A stretch of DNA of 64,000 nt, taken from an uncultured Bacteroidales bacterium (lineage in GTDB: Bacteria > Bacteroidota > Bacteroidia > Bacteroidales > JAADJA01). The translations under genes and the position numbers were made by a program. Where the stretch lies: positions 20,571-84,570 of the forward strand of contig CAYQWA010000021.1 of assembly GCA_964421215.1 (NCBI GenBank). The letters run 5' to 3'. Shown piece after piece: positions 17,709 through 26,012 of the stretch (position 1 is the stretch's first letter; each line of letters starts with the position of its first letter). Under the pieces are notes generated by a model. The model was given only the letters and a program-made list of their open reading frames with translations, made no database searches and was not told the origin of the DNA.

Positions 17709-20700
17709 CTATTTCTTTATTACTTTTTCTATTTTAGTTTCCTCGTGTGTTTCTACTTTAATAAAATAGATTCCCGGATTCAGGCCAGAAACATCTAATT
17801 CATAATCAGAATCTTCACCAGGTGTAACTGAATTCAAGAGATTCCCTGAAACATCATAAACCATAATGGATACAATATCCTCATCGGTGACAACATTAAG
17901 GACTGTTCCATTTACCGGGTTAGGATAAACAAGCAGCTCTTCCTCCAATTCGTCATACATTTCATTTGGCAACATGCCGGCACCCATGCTGACAATAAAC
18001 TCATCCGGATTTTCCTGGAACAGGGCGGTTACTCTGATTTCATCAACAAATACATCATCCTTATTACCGCTGGCATCACACATAAACCTTATCTTCATAT
18101 TGTTTGGGAACGTGTATGATGATTCCATTATATTGGCCTTTACAGAGTATATAACATTGTTTTCAAAATCAATGGATCGAGCATAAGCTTTAACCGTATG
18201 CCAGGTTGAGCCGTCAAAATACTGTAACCAGAAATCTTCATTTGAGTTGTCCATACTAACAGCCTGGAATGTAAATTCAATATCCAATTGTACATAAGCT
18301 GCTGTGTGTACATCAACTCCATTGGTAAGGTAGAACGAAGAAGCGACTCCAGAATTATCTTGAATATTAGCTGAATATGTACCTTGAGGTGAGTAGCTGC
18401 TAGACCTGCGACGGCAATCACCACCACCATCTTTCCAAACTCCCCATCCACTTTCAAGGTCAGTATAGCTAAGCTGTACTGGATTCTGGGAGGCTGATTC
18501 TGTAGTAAAAGTCCAAACTGAACAACCGGTGGCATCACCATCATTATTATAAGGTACCACTTTCCAGTAATACGTAGCATTGTTGTTAAGGTCACCAGAA
18601 GGATTGTATGTAGTTACATTACCCAGATCGGTTCCGTTTTCAATATTTGATGGTGGATTATTTGTACCAAAGTACAATTTGTAGCCAGTGGCTGTTGATT
18701 CGGTATTCCATGACAGGTTGATAGCTACACTAACATCCGTTGCCCCACTGGCCGGAGCTACAGGTGTGGTACAAGATGGAGGTGTGGGAGTACCTCCTCC
18801 GGTAATATTCACCGAATAATCTTCACCCTCACCATATGTACTGTTATGACATGACGTTGGATTTGAACTATAATGTTCTGCAACACGCATTCTTGTAACT
18901 CCTAAGTTTGCTCCGGCGGGAACAGAAATGCTTGTTGAAAGTGTATGGGTACCGGAAGTCCCATTTGTTTGCCCAAGATCAAATGCCTCACCTGCATCAT
19001 CAAAATCACAGTCTGCATTCCAGTCGAACCAGGCCCAGGTGTGCTGTACCCAGCTTCCGTTCACGGTTATATCAACAGATAAGTTATAGGATTGACCTTG
19101 TTCAATATCGGTTGACTCTGCAGTAAAATCAGAATATGTTGTTGAACCGCTGGATTTGTTTATTGTATTAAATACCACTTTACTTATATAGTCATCCGAT
19201 GTATTTGAATAATAAATATTACAATAAGTGCAGTTAGTTACATTTATATAATTTGTTTTTAATTGAGTATCATTCCCTGACCCATTAGAAACCTCGAGGC
19301 TGACATCATAAGTACCTACTGTGTTGTACGTAATTGTATGTGGTCCTACACCAGTTGCTGTTGATGGTGTACCGCCCGGGAAGCTCCAGTTCCAGGAGGT
19401 TGGATTACAGGATGAATTATCAGTGAATGTTACAGTATTTCCTACAAAAACAGTAGTTGGTGTTCCTGAGAAATCTGCAGCTATATCATTCACTGTTATA
19501 TAATCTGTTTTAGTTTGTGAGTCATTGGAACTACCATCGCTTACTGTTAAAGAAACATCATAAGTTCCGGGTGTATTGTAGGTAATGGCGGGTGGTGTTT
19601 TTCCATTGAAAGAACCGGGTGTACCGCCCTGGAAAGTCCATGACCATGATGTTGCTCCTCCGCTTGAAAGGTCTGTAAAGTTCACTGATGAACCGGAACA
19701 GATTGTTGTAGCATCAGCAGAAAAATTAGCGGTAAGACCAGTTGCCAGTTCAAATGGAGATACATAGGTCATGAATAGACCACCCCTGTTATCTGTCCAG
19801 CAAGGATATACTTTTCCACCTTTGGAAGTAATACCAAGGTAATCGCCCATATATCCGGTAGCAAGTCCGGGTATTGGTGATGGGGTAAATGAAACATCAC
19901 TTACTACAAAGTCTGTCCATGTGTCACCTGCATCTGTTGAGTATGAAACAAAAGTTTCACATGAAGAGCTTGAGGTATTCCTGTCATCATAAAATACGAC
20001 ACTTAAAGTACCTGTTTCAGAATCGCAGGATATCCATGGTGAATATGCTTCTTTCCCATTCTGGAAGGTACCCTGGTTTACCCTGACCGGAGTATCCCAT
20101 GTATTTCCATCATCCGTAGAGCGCATCATATAAACACTTTTGTTTGTGCCTGAATTTGTTCCCGGAGTACCAATGTTTGTCCATACAATATAGATATTCC
20201 CATTATTGGGGCCTCCGGAAATGTCAACAGCCATTGAGGGGAAAGAACTAACCCTGTGATTTTTGTTCACACCGGTATTTCTTATCCCTTTTATGTTATT
20301 ATGAATTCGTGTTGCCGATCCAAAACTGGAACCACCATTAGTTGATTTACAAAATCCAATGGCTTTTTCATCCTGTGGCCATCCATCATAAATTACCCAG
20401 GTAACATATACCTGACCGTTAGGGCCAGTTTGGACGTTTACACCCTGGTTATGACTTCCGGCATTAACTGCTGAACTGATATTTATACTTGAAGACCAGG
20501 ATACACCACTGTTTGTAGAACGTGAAAACAGGAGTTCAGTATAATTTGATGAACCGGAATTAAGATCCGACCACACATTATATAAATTGCCTGCATATGG
20601 GCTGGATGCACTGTTATCGACCCATAAATGATTTTTATCCTGACCACTAGTACTATAAACAGATTTTGCAGTCCATGATGATCCATTGTCAGAATAGGAC

Positions 20701-21245
20701 ACACCCATTCCTCCATTTGATGCAATATAACCGATGTACTGCCGTCCGCTATTATCAATAGCTGCAGCAGGATCACCGCTATTTCCACCTCCTGCGGAAC
20801 TTGTACTGCCTCCCCAGGTTGACCCACCATTGGAAGATTGCAAATAAGATGTTCCATATAAGCTTGTTACGCTACTCCCATTCCAATTCGTGGAGTTATT
20901 TGAGTTAAGGATATAATCTGCATTGTTCGGATCAACAAAAACGGAATTTTCTGATTGTGTTACATTTGTTTGTGCAGTAACTGCAACATCCGGAGAATTT
21001 GTTGTTTTTACACCTTTTGCATTTATTTGGCTAGTCTTATACTCGGCAGGTGTAAACGGAACAACAGGATCATATGGGACCAATCCTTTTTCTGCCATTT
21101 TCATCCAGTACCCCATATTATCCCTCCTGGTATCTGCTTCATCTGAATATTCTGTTTTTTGCCCGGCATTTTTTTGAGCCATGACCGCAATACTTGTTAA
21201 TAACAAGGCTGCTAAAAAAAATAAAGTAAAAGTTTGCTTCATCAT
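17709..21245 (-). CDS. Large T9SS-secreted multidomain protein: Asp-box (BNR) propeller, 2 PKD domains, GEVED domain, FN3, MAM-like domain, T9SS C-terminal sorting domain
   Basis: It has a signal peptide and six Asp-box-like motifs (SSNGGSTW, YSDNGSSW, STNSGVSW, STNGGSSF, STDDGNTW, STDAGDTW). Two PKD repeats are present (GTYDVSLTVSDG, GTYDVSLEVSNG), plus a GEVED-like YGEGEDYSVNI. The C-terminus is YPNPVNG...GIYFIKV.... Confidence 0.9.
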   Translation of the reverse strand: MMKQTFTLFFLAALLLTSIAVMAQKNAGQKTEYSDEADTRRDNMGYWMKMAEKGLVPYDPVVPFTPAEYKTSQINAKGVKTTNSPDVAVTAQTNVTQSENSVFVDPNNADYILNSNNSTNWNGSSVTSLYGTSYLQSSNGGSTWGGSTSSAGGGNSGDPAAAIDNSGRQYIGYIASNGGMGVSYSDNGSSWTAKSVYSTSGQDKNHLWVDNSASSPYAGNLYNVWSDLNSGSSNYTELLFSRSTNSGVSWSSSINISSAVNAGSHNQGVNVQTGPNGQVYVTWVIYDGWPQDEKAIGFCKSTNGGSSFGSATRIHNNIKGIRNTGVNKNHRVSSFPSMAVDISGGPNNGNIYIVWTNIGTPGTNSGTNKSVYMMRSTDDGNTWDTPVRVNQGTFQNGKEAYSPWISCDSETGTLSVVFYDDRNTSSSSCETFVSYSTDAGDTWTDFVVSDVSFTPSPIPGLATGYMGDYLGITSKGGKVYPCWTDNRGGLFMTYVSPFELATGLTANFSADATTICSGSSVNFTDLSSGGATSWSWTFQGGTPGSFNGKTPPAITYNTPGTYDVSLTVSDGSSNDSQTKTDYITVNDIAADFSGTPTTVFVGNTVTFTDNSSCNPTSWNWSFPGGTPSTATGVGPHTITYNTVGTYDVSLEVSNGSGNDTQLKTNYINVTNCTYCNIYYSNTSDDYISKVVFNTINKSSGSTTYSDFTAESTDIEQGQSYNLSVDITVNGSWVQHTWAWFDWNADCDFDDAGEAFDLGQTNGTSGTHTLSTSISVPAGANLGVTRMRVAEHYSSNPTSCHNSTYGEGEDYSVNITGGGTPTPPSCTTPVAPASGATDVSVAINLSWNTESTATGYKLYFGTNNPPSNIENGTDLGNVTTYNPSGDLNNNATYYWKVVPYNNDGDATGCSVWTFTTESASQNPVQLSYTDLESGWGVWKDGGGDCRRRSSSYSPQGTYSANIQDNSGVASSFYLTNGVDVHTAAYVQLDIEFTFQAVSMDNSNEDFWLQYFDGSTWHTVKAYARSIDFENNVIYSVKANIMESSYTFPNNMKIRFMCDASGNKDDVFVDEIRVTALFQENPDEFIVSMGAGMLPNEMYDELEEELLVYPNPVNGTVLNVVTDEDIVSIMVYDVSGNLLNSVTPGEDSDYELDVSGLNPGIYFIKVETHEETKIEKVIKK

Positions 21246-21531
21246 TTATAAATTTAGATTAATTAATGTGGTTATTTAAATTAGGTCCGTATAAATTTAT
21301 TTTCTTCAAGACTTTCTTTAATATAGATTTTCGTATGTTTTGGATATTATGATTATCCTAAATCATGCTTTTCACACAATACTGGCATATTAACTATGTC
21401 CTTAACAAAGTATGGCTTAATAATATCAAACTTGCTTCAAGAGTTTATCTACACAACAAAACCAAAATAATAGTTCAGGATTGAAACTGCCGATTAAAGT
21501 AAGTTTTTTAGATGCATAAAGTCAATTATTA

Positions 21532-21553
21532 AGGGAGACAATAGGGAGACAAT
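21532..21553. repeat. Perfect tandem duplication AGGGAGACAAT x2
   Basis: I read it directly in the 482-bp divergent intergenic region. Confidence 0.8.
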
Positions 21554-21683
21554 GATGCAACTATTGGTGGATTGTTAAATTTTATTAAGTTACAATCGTC
21601 TGTTTTTCAATAGTATGAATGCATTATACACACTGGCTGTCGATAATAATCAAATATGGATTCTGATTTTTTCATTTATTCAA

Positions 21684-21691
21684 TATATTTG
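21684..21691 (+). promoter_or_regulatory. Possible -7 box TATATTTG upstream of the TPR regulator gene
   Basis: It matches TAnnTTTG and lies 37 nt upstream of the ATG at 21728. I saw no clear -33 TTG. Confidence 0.3.
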
Positions 21692-21727
21692 CTTTGAGGT
21701 TTAAAACAGGTAGTTTACAAAATTCCT

Positions 21728-23479
21728 ATGTACTTTCAGAACCGATTCGTTATTCTTATTTCCCTTTTCCTGCTTCTTGTTCACGAACAAAGCTTTTCTC
21801 AAAAAAAACAGCTTATTGATAGTTTATTGGTACAATCTAACCATGCTACAGAGGATACCATAAAAGTAAATCTGTTAAATGAGATTAGCTCAAATTATAA
21901 GTGCATTGACAAACTAAAGTCAATTGAATTTGCCACGCAGGCATATCATCTATCTGAAAAAATTGACTATAACAGAGGATTAATAAATTCCTCCTTGCTG
22001 CTCGGATCGGGATATAACAGGCTTGGCGAACCCGTTATATCCAAGGACTTTTACTTTAAAGCAGTTGATATAAGCCGGAAGATCAATGATCAGTTCATGT
22101 TAGCTAAAACTTATAACAGGCTGATTTCATATTATGGAAGCATTCAGGATTTTAACCATGCATCGGAATATGCTTTTAAAGCCCGTGAAATTTTTGAAAA
22201 AACAGGACATAAACATGAGATTTCAGGGGTGTATATTAACATCGCTTATGTTTATGCTCAACAGGGTAATTATAAAAAAGCAAAAGCTTATAATTTTAAA
22301 GCTTTAAACATTGCAAATGAGCTAAATGACTTCAGCCTGTTGGCATTAATATATAATAACCTTGGAGCCGTTTACAGCAATATTCAAAATTTAGATACTT
22401 CAAATATATACCTTGAAATTGCGAGGGATTACTATTATAGTGCTGAAGATTATGAGGGTATGTGCTATATCTATTACAATATCGGCGATAATTTTTTAAA
22501 ATCGGGCAACGAACATGAAGCCTATTCAAATTATCACAAAGGGGTTCAACTATCTAAATCAGTAAATTCACAGGAATTAATCATAACCGGTTACCAGGTT
22601 CTGGCAAACTATCATTATGATGTTAGCAATTATGATTCTGCTGAATACTATGCTAAAAATGGAATGGCCCTATCATTAAAGCTAAATAATGTTCACAAGA
22701 GATCAAAGTTTTCGCTTATTCTATATAATGTATTAGCATACAAAGAGGATTATAAAAAAGCACTTGAATATTTATTGATACATAAACAAATATCGGATAG
22801 TGTAAATCGGAAAGACAATATGCTCGAAATAAGTAAGCTTGAAGCAAAGTATGAATTAAAAAAGAAGGAAAAAGATTTGGCATTAGAAAAACAGGCACGT
22901 AGGAATGCTGGCTTAATTCATTTATTATTAACAATTTCGGTATTGTTTATTTCAGGAATAATAATTTTTACATTGATCAGGAAAAGATCAAAAGATCGAT
23001 ATGATAAATTATTATCGGAACTAAAGCTAAAAGACCGAGAAAATGAGATTGCCAGAAAGGACAAAGAACTTTTTTTAGTTGCTAAAAACATAAAAGATAA
23101 AAACCAGATGTTGGAAATACTCAAATCTGAGTTCGAACAATTTCTAAAACGAGATAATCTTCAAAAGCATATAGATAAGCAAGAACAATTAAGAAATATG
23201 AAGATCTTAAACGAAGAAGATTGGTTGCGGTTTAAAGAATTGTTTGCCAGTATTCATTTTGACTTTTCAGAAAATTTAATGGCACAATATCCTGAATTAT
23301 CTGAAGGAGATAAGCGTCAGTTGATGTTACTGAAATTAGGGTATTCAATAAATCAATCTGTCGAAATATTGGGAATTGGTTATTCCGCCGTAAAAAAGGC
23401 CAGGCAACGTTTGGCTAAAAAAATGGGATTGGATAGTGCTGATTTACTTTATGAATTGGTACTGAACACTAAAGAATAA
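21728..23479 (+). CDS. TPR-repeat, single-pass membrane protein with a C-terminal HTH (LuxR/sigma-70 region-4-like); putative regulator
   Basis: It has a signal peptide and about 8 TPR-like units (Y/A/N-rich 34-mers). A TM segment (LIHLLLTISVLFISGIIIFTLI) is followed by a coiled-coil. The C-terminus reads LSEGDKRQLMLLKLGYSINQSVEILGIGYSAVKKARQRLAKKMGL. Confidence 0.8.
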   Translation: MYFQNRFVILISLFLLLVHEQSFSQKKQLIDSLLVQSNHATEDTIKVNLLNEISSNYKCIDKLKSIEFATQAYHLSEKIDYNRGLINSSLLLGSGYNRLGEPVISKDFYFKAVDISRKINDQFMLAKTYNRLISYYGSIQDFNHASEYAFKAREIFEKTGHKHEISGVYINIAYVYAQQGNYKKAKAYNFKALNIANELNDFSLLALIYNNLGAVYSNIQNLDTSNIYLEIARDYYYSAEDYEGMCYIYYNIGDNFLKSGNEHEAYSNYHKGVQLSKSVNSQELIITGYQVLANYHYDVSNYDSAEYYAKNGMALSLKLNNVHKRSKFSLILYNVLAYKEDYKKALEYLLIHKQISDSVNRKDNMLEISKLEAKYELKKKEKDLALEKQARRNAGLIHLLLTISVLFISGIIIFTLIRKRSKDRYDKLLSELKLKDRENEIARKDKELFLVAKNIKDKNQMLEILKSEFEQFLKRDNLQKHIDKQEQLRNMKILNEEDWLRFKELFASIHFDFSENLMAQYPELSEGDKRQLMLLKLGYSINQSVEILGIGYSAVKKARQRLAKKMGLDSADLLYELVLNTKE

Positions 23480-23504
23480 GCAGTCTTTTACTGCCGCTTC
23501 AGTA

Positions 23505-25946
23505 TCAGTTGCTTTGGATGATTATGGGCTCTTCCGCTAATCTTACTTCAAGCTTCAATTTAGGTTCTTTGCCATCCAGGAATGTACAATCCATTGTAAT
23601 GGTATGATCCCCTGTCGACAGGGATATCCCTTCCATATTCAGGTCATTAATTTTTTTCCAGTTCTGATTATAAACAATGGCAGGACTATCACCTGAAAAC
23701 TTAATTGTTTCTCCATCCTTCAGGGTAACCGGCAAATTAATCTCCTTGTAGTTATTAATTTCAAGCTTTATGTCTTTTATCGATCCGTCTATAGCTGTTA
23801 TCGTAAATCCCAATTTATAATCACCATCCGGTAAATTGAATGAAAGGTTCGAAAATACAGGCTCACCGGGTTGCCGTTCTTTTTTCTCATGAACAGCAGT
23901 AAAGGAATAAATTTCCTGCAACAATAATTCGTTATCTTTTTCAACTTCAAGATGGAACTCCTTACTTACATCCTTCAACTGTTCCCTGGTATTTTCATCA
24001 AACTTACCATTTAACCGAGCATTTTCCCATAAATTAATTTGATCGAGGATCTCCTTTGTTAATCCATTTTCCTCAAAGGATTTGTAGCTACTTACAAAGC
24101 CAAATCCGGCATTGTATCCGGCTGCTTTGGCCAGCATCCATTCAATGTCCTCTAGGCTGGTTTCATTAGTCATTAAAAACCAGCCCAGCATACCGGGCAT
24201 AAGGTTCCTCTGGAAATATTTCTGGTTTTTAAAGCGGTATTCGGTCTGGCTTTCACGAAATCCTGCATACCAGGGTTCACCCCAGTTCATTCTGGAATAA
24301 ATGTGCCAGAAATAGTGGGAGGTTCGGCTGGCATCAGCAATGTAATGGCTTTTAATGTCTTCATTCAGCTTATCATACCAGGTGTTAGCCATCAGAATCT
24401 CTCCATAATTACCCATGCCTGTTGAGCGGTTTCCTTCCAGGCCATCGAAAGAGATTTGCCTTAAACCTGTTTGATTGTAGAGATCAGCAATATTTTTAGC
24501 TATTTCTTTTGTTAATTCAGCATCGGTTAAAAAGACCTTATAACCATGATCAGCCAGCAATTCAATTTTAGAATCCTTCTCATGAACTGCAGGTTTTGTC
24601 TCATATGCTCCCCGCTGGCAATCCAGCAACTTCCATGGTTCAGCTTCAGACACACCTCCATAACGGATCAACTCATTTCCGATTACTACCGTTTTCAGGT
24701 TGTTGTTTTTCATTTGCTTGAATACACCAGGAGAATCAATGGCGATTTCTTTTTGAGTTTCATCAATATCTTCAACAATGGTATTGGATCCAACCTTCGC
24801 CAGGCGATCATCGGGTACCGGAGTAACATAAGGATCATTTGTTGTAATAAAATTGGAAAGTGTATGAACTCCAAGGTGTACTTCCTGACTTTCCGCTTTA
24901 TTCACACAAGTTTTCATCCCTTCATACCCATTCGGAAATTGATCATTCAACTCAAAATGTCCCCAGTTTTTAAATGGACCGGGATGGTATAAATATCTCA
25001 AACCGGCCATTTTGGTATATTCCAGGGCCTTGTCAATATCTTCTTCACCAAATCCAAGGATAAGGTAAGAGGAATTTGCTGTTTTTGCTTTTTTACCCCA
25101 TTCACCATCAATAATGGGATGAGGAAGACCTTCTGCCAGTTCAATTTTTTCTATATAATCCAATGTTTGATCAACAGGGCAACCGAATATGGCAATTTTT
25201 GAACCGACAACACCACCGTCATCGTAAGCAGGAGCAAGGTACGTTTCATGGTTCCAGTTCTCAATAATCCGGTCATTGTTCCTGTTCCGGCAATAAGCCT
25301 GAAGTGTACTACCAAAATCTTCCGGTTTGGCAGCTTCAACCCTGTATAAAACATACCGTTTGCCTTCTTCATTAAGATCTGTATAATCATCACCCTCAAA
25401 AATATCCAGCTGAGGCATGCAATCGTTTTCCTTCCAGGGAAATCCGCCAAGGGTTTTGGGGTTTAATGCCTGGATTCCCATAGCAAATTCTTCACCACGA
25501 ACTACGCCAACGGTTTCTCCAATGATAGTGTTTATGGTAGTTGGATATGGTCCCCAAATTACCATTTCGATATTTTCCATAGGATCAACCTCAATGATCT
25601 CAAAGGATATGTGAGATGGAGAATTTTTAACGGATACATTAACTGTTGCATCAGTAGGATCAAACAGGAGATTTATTAATTCATTCTCTTTATCATACCT
25701 TAAGGAAGAAGGTTTATAGATCTGGCCATCCTTCCTCACAGATAGCAAAGTGGCAGGTTGATCAACCGCCAGATAATTCTTACCAGATGATTTATCGACC
25801 ATTTCAGTCATGTTACCTTGCTGGTCAATTGCCAGGGTAAATGTTTCTGTTGAAAATGATATTTGATCATCGGAACTACATCCCCAAATTGAAATGATCA
25901 TAAGGACTAATACAAGCGATTTAACAACAACTTTTACTTTCATCAT
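23505..25946 (-). CDS. Hypothetical 813-aa lipoprotein of unknown family; candidate carbohydrate-active enzyme by context
   Basis: It is a long clean ORF with a lipoprotein signal (IWGCSS). I recognised no family motif. It is the last gene of the GH29-GH3 array. Confidence 0.85.
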   Translation of the reverse strand: MMKVKVVVKSLVLVLMIISIWGCSSDDQISFSTETFTLAIDQQGNMTEMVDKSSGKNYLAVDQPATLLSVRKDGQIYKPSSLRYDKENELINLLFDPTDATVNVSVKNSPSHISFEIIEVDPMENIEMVIWGPYPTTINTIIGETVGVVRGEEFAMGIQALNPKTLGGFPWKENDCMPQLDIFEGDDYTDLNEEGKRYVLYRVEAAKPEDFGSTLQAYCRNRNNDRIIENWNHETYLAPAYDDGGVVGSKIAIFGCPVDQTLDYIEKIELAEGLPHPIIDGEWGKKAKTANSSYLILGFGEEDIDKALEYTKMAGLRYLYHPGPFKNWGHFELNDQFPNGYEGMKTCVNKAESQEVHLGVHTLSNFITTNDPYVTPVPDDRLAKVGSNTIVEDIDETQKEIAIDSPGVFKQMKNNNLKTVVIGNELIRYGGVSEAEPWKLLDCQRGAYETKPAVHEKDSKIELLADHGYKVFLTDAELTKEIAKNIADLYNQTGLRQISFDGLEGNRSTGMGNYGEILMANTWYDKLNEDIKSHYIADASRTSHYFWHIYSRMNWGEPWYAGFRESQTEYRFKNQKYFQRNLMPGMLGWFLMTNETSLEDIEWMLAKAAGYNAGFGFVSSYKSFEENGLTKEILDQINLWENARLNGKFDENTREQLKDVSKEFHLEVEKDNELLLQEIYSFTAVHEKKERQPGEPVFSNLSFNLPDGDYKLGFTITAIDGSIKDIKLEINNYKEINLPVTLKDGETIKFSGDSPAIVYNQNWKKINDLNMEGISLSTGDHTITMDCTFLDGKEPKLKLEVRLAEEPIIIQSN

Positions 25947-26012
25947 GAGGAATTATTTTAATTATGTATTGTAATGTTTACCCTTTGCCATATCACACTT
26001 GGATAATATATC

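Noticed and set aside
18140-20857. Antisense or alternate-frame ORFs within the 1178-aa gene (18140..18595, 20483..20857 and several plus-strand ones)
   Set aside because: They are embedded in a gene with clear domain content on the annotated frame, and their low-complexity translations look non-coding.
23480-23494. Five-bp-stem hairpin GCAGT-ctttt-ACTGC between the convergent regulator and lipoprotein genes
   Set aside because: The stem is too short, and it lacks a flanking U-tract on either strand, so it cannot be called a terminator with any confidence.
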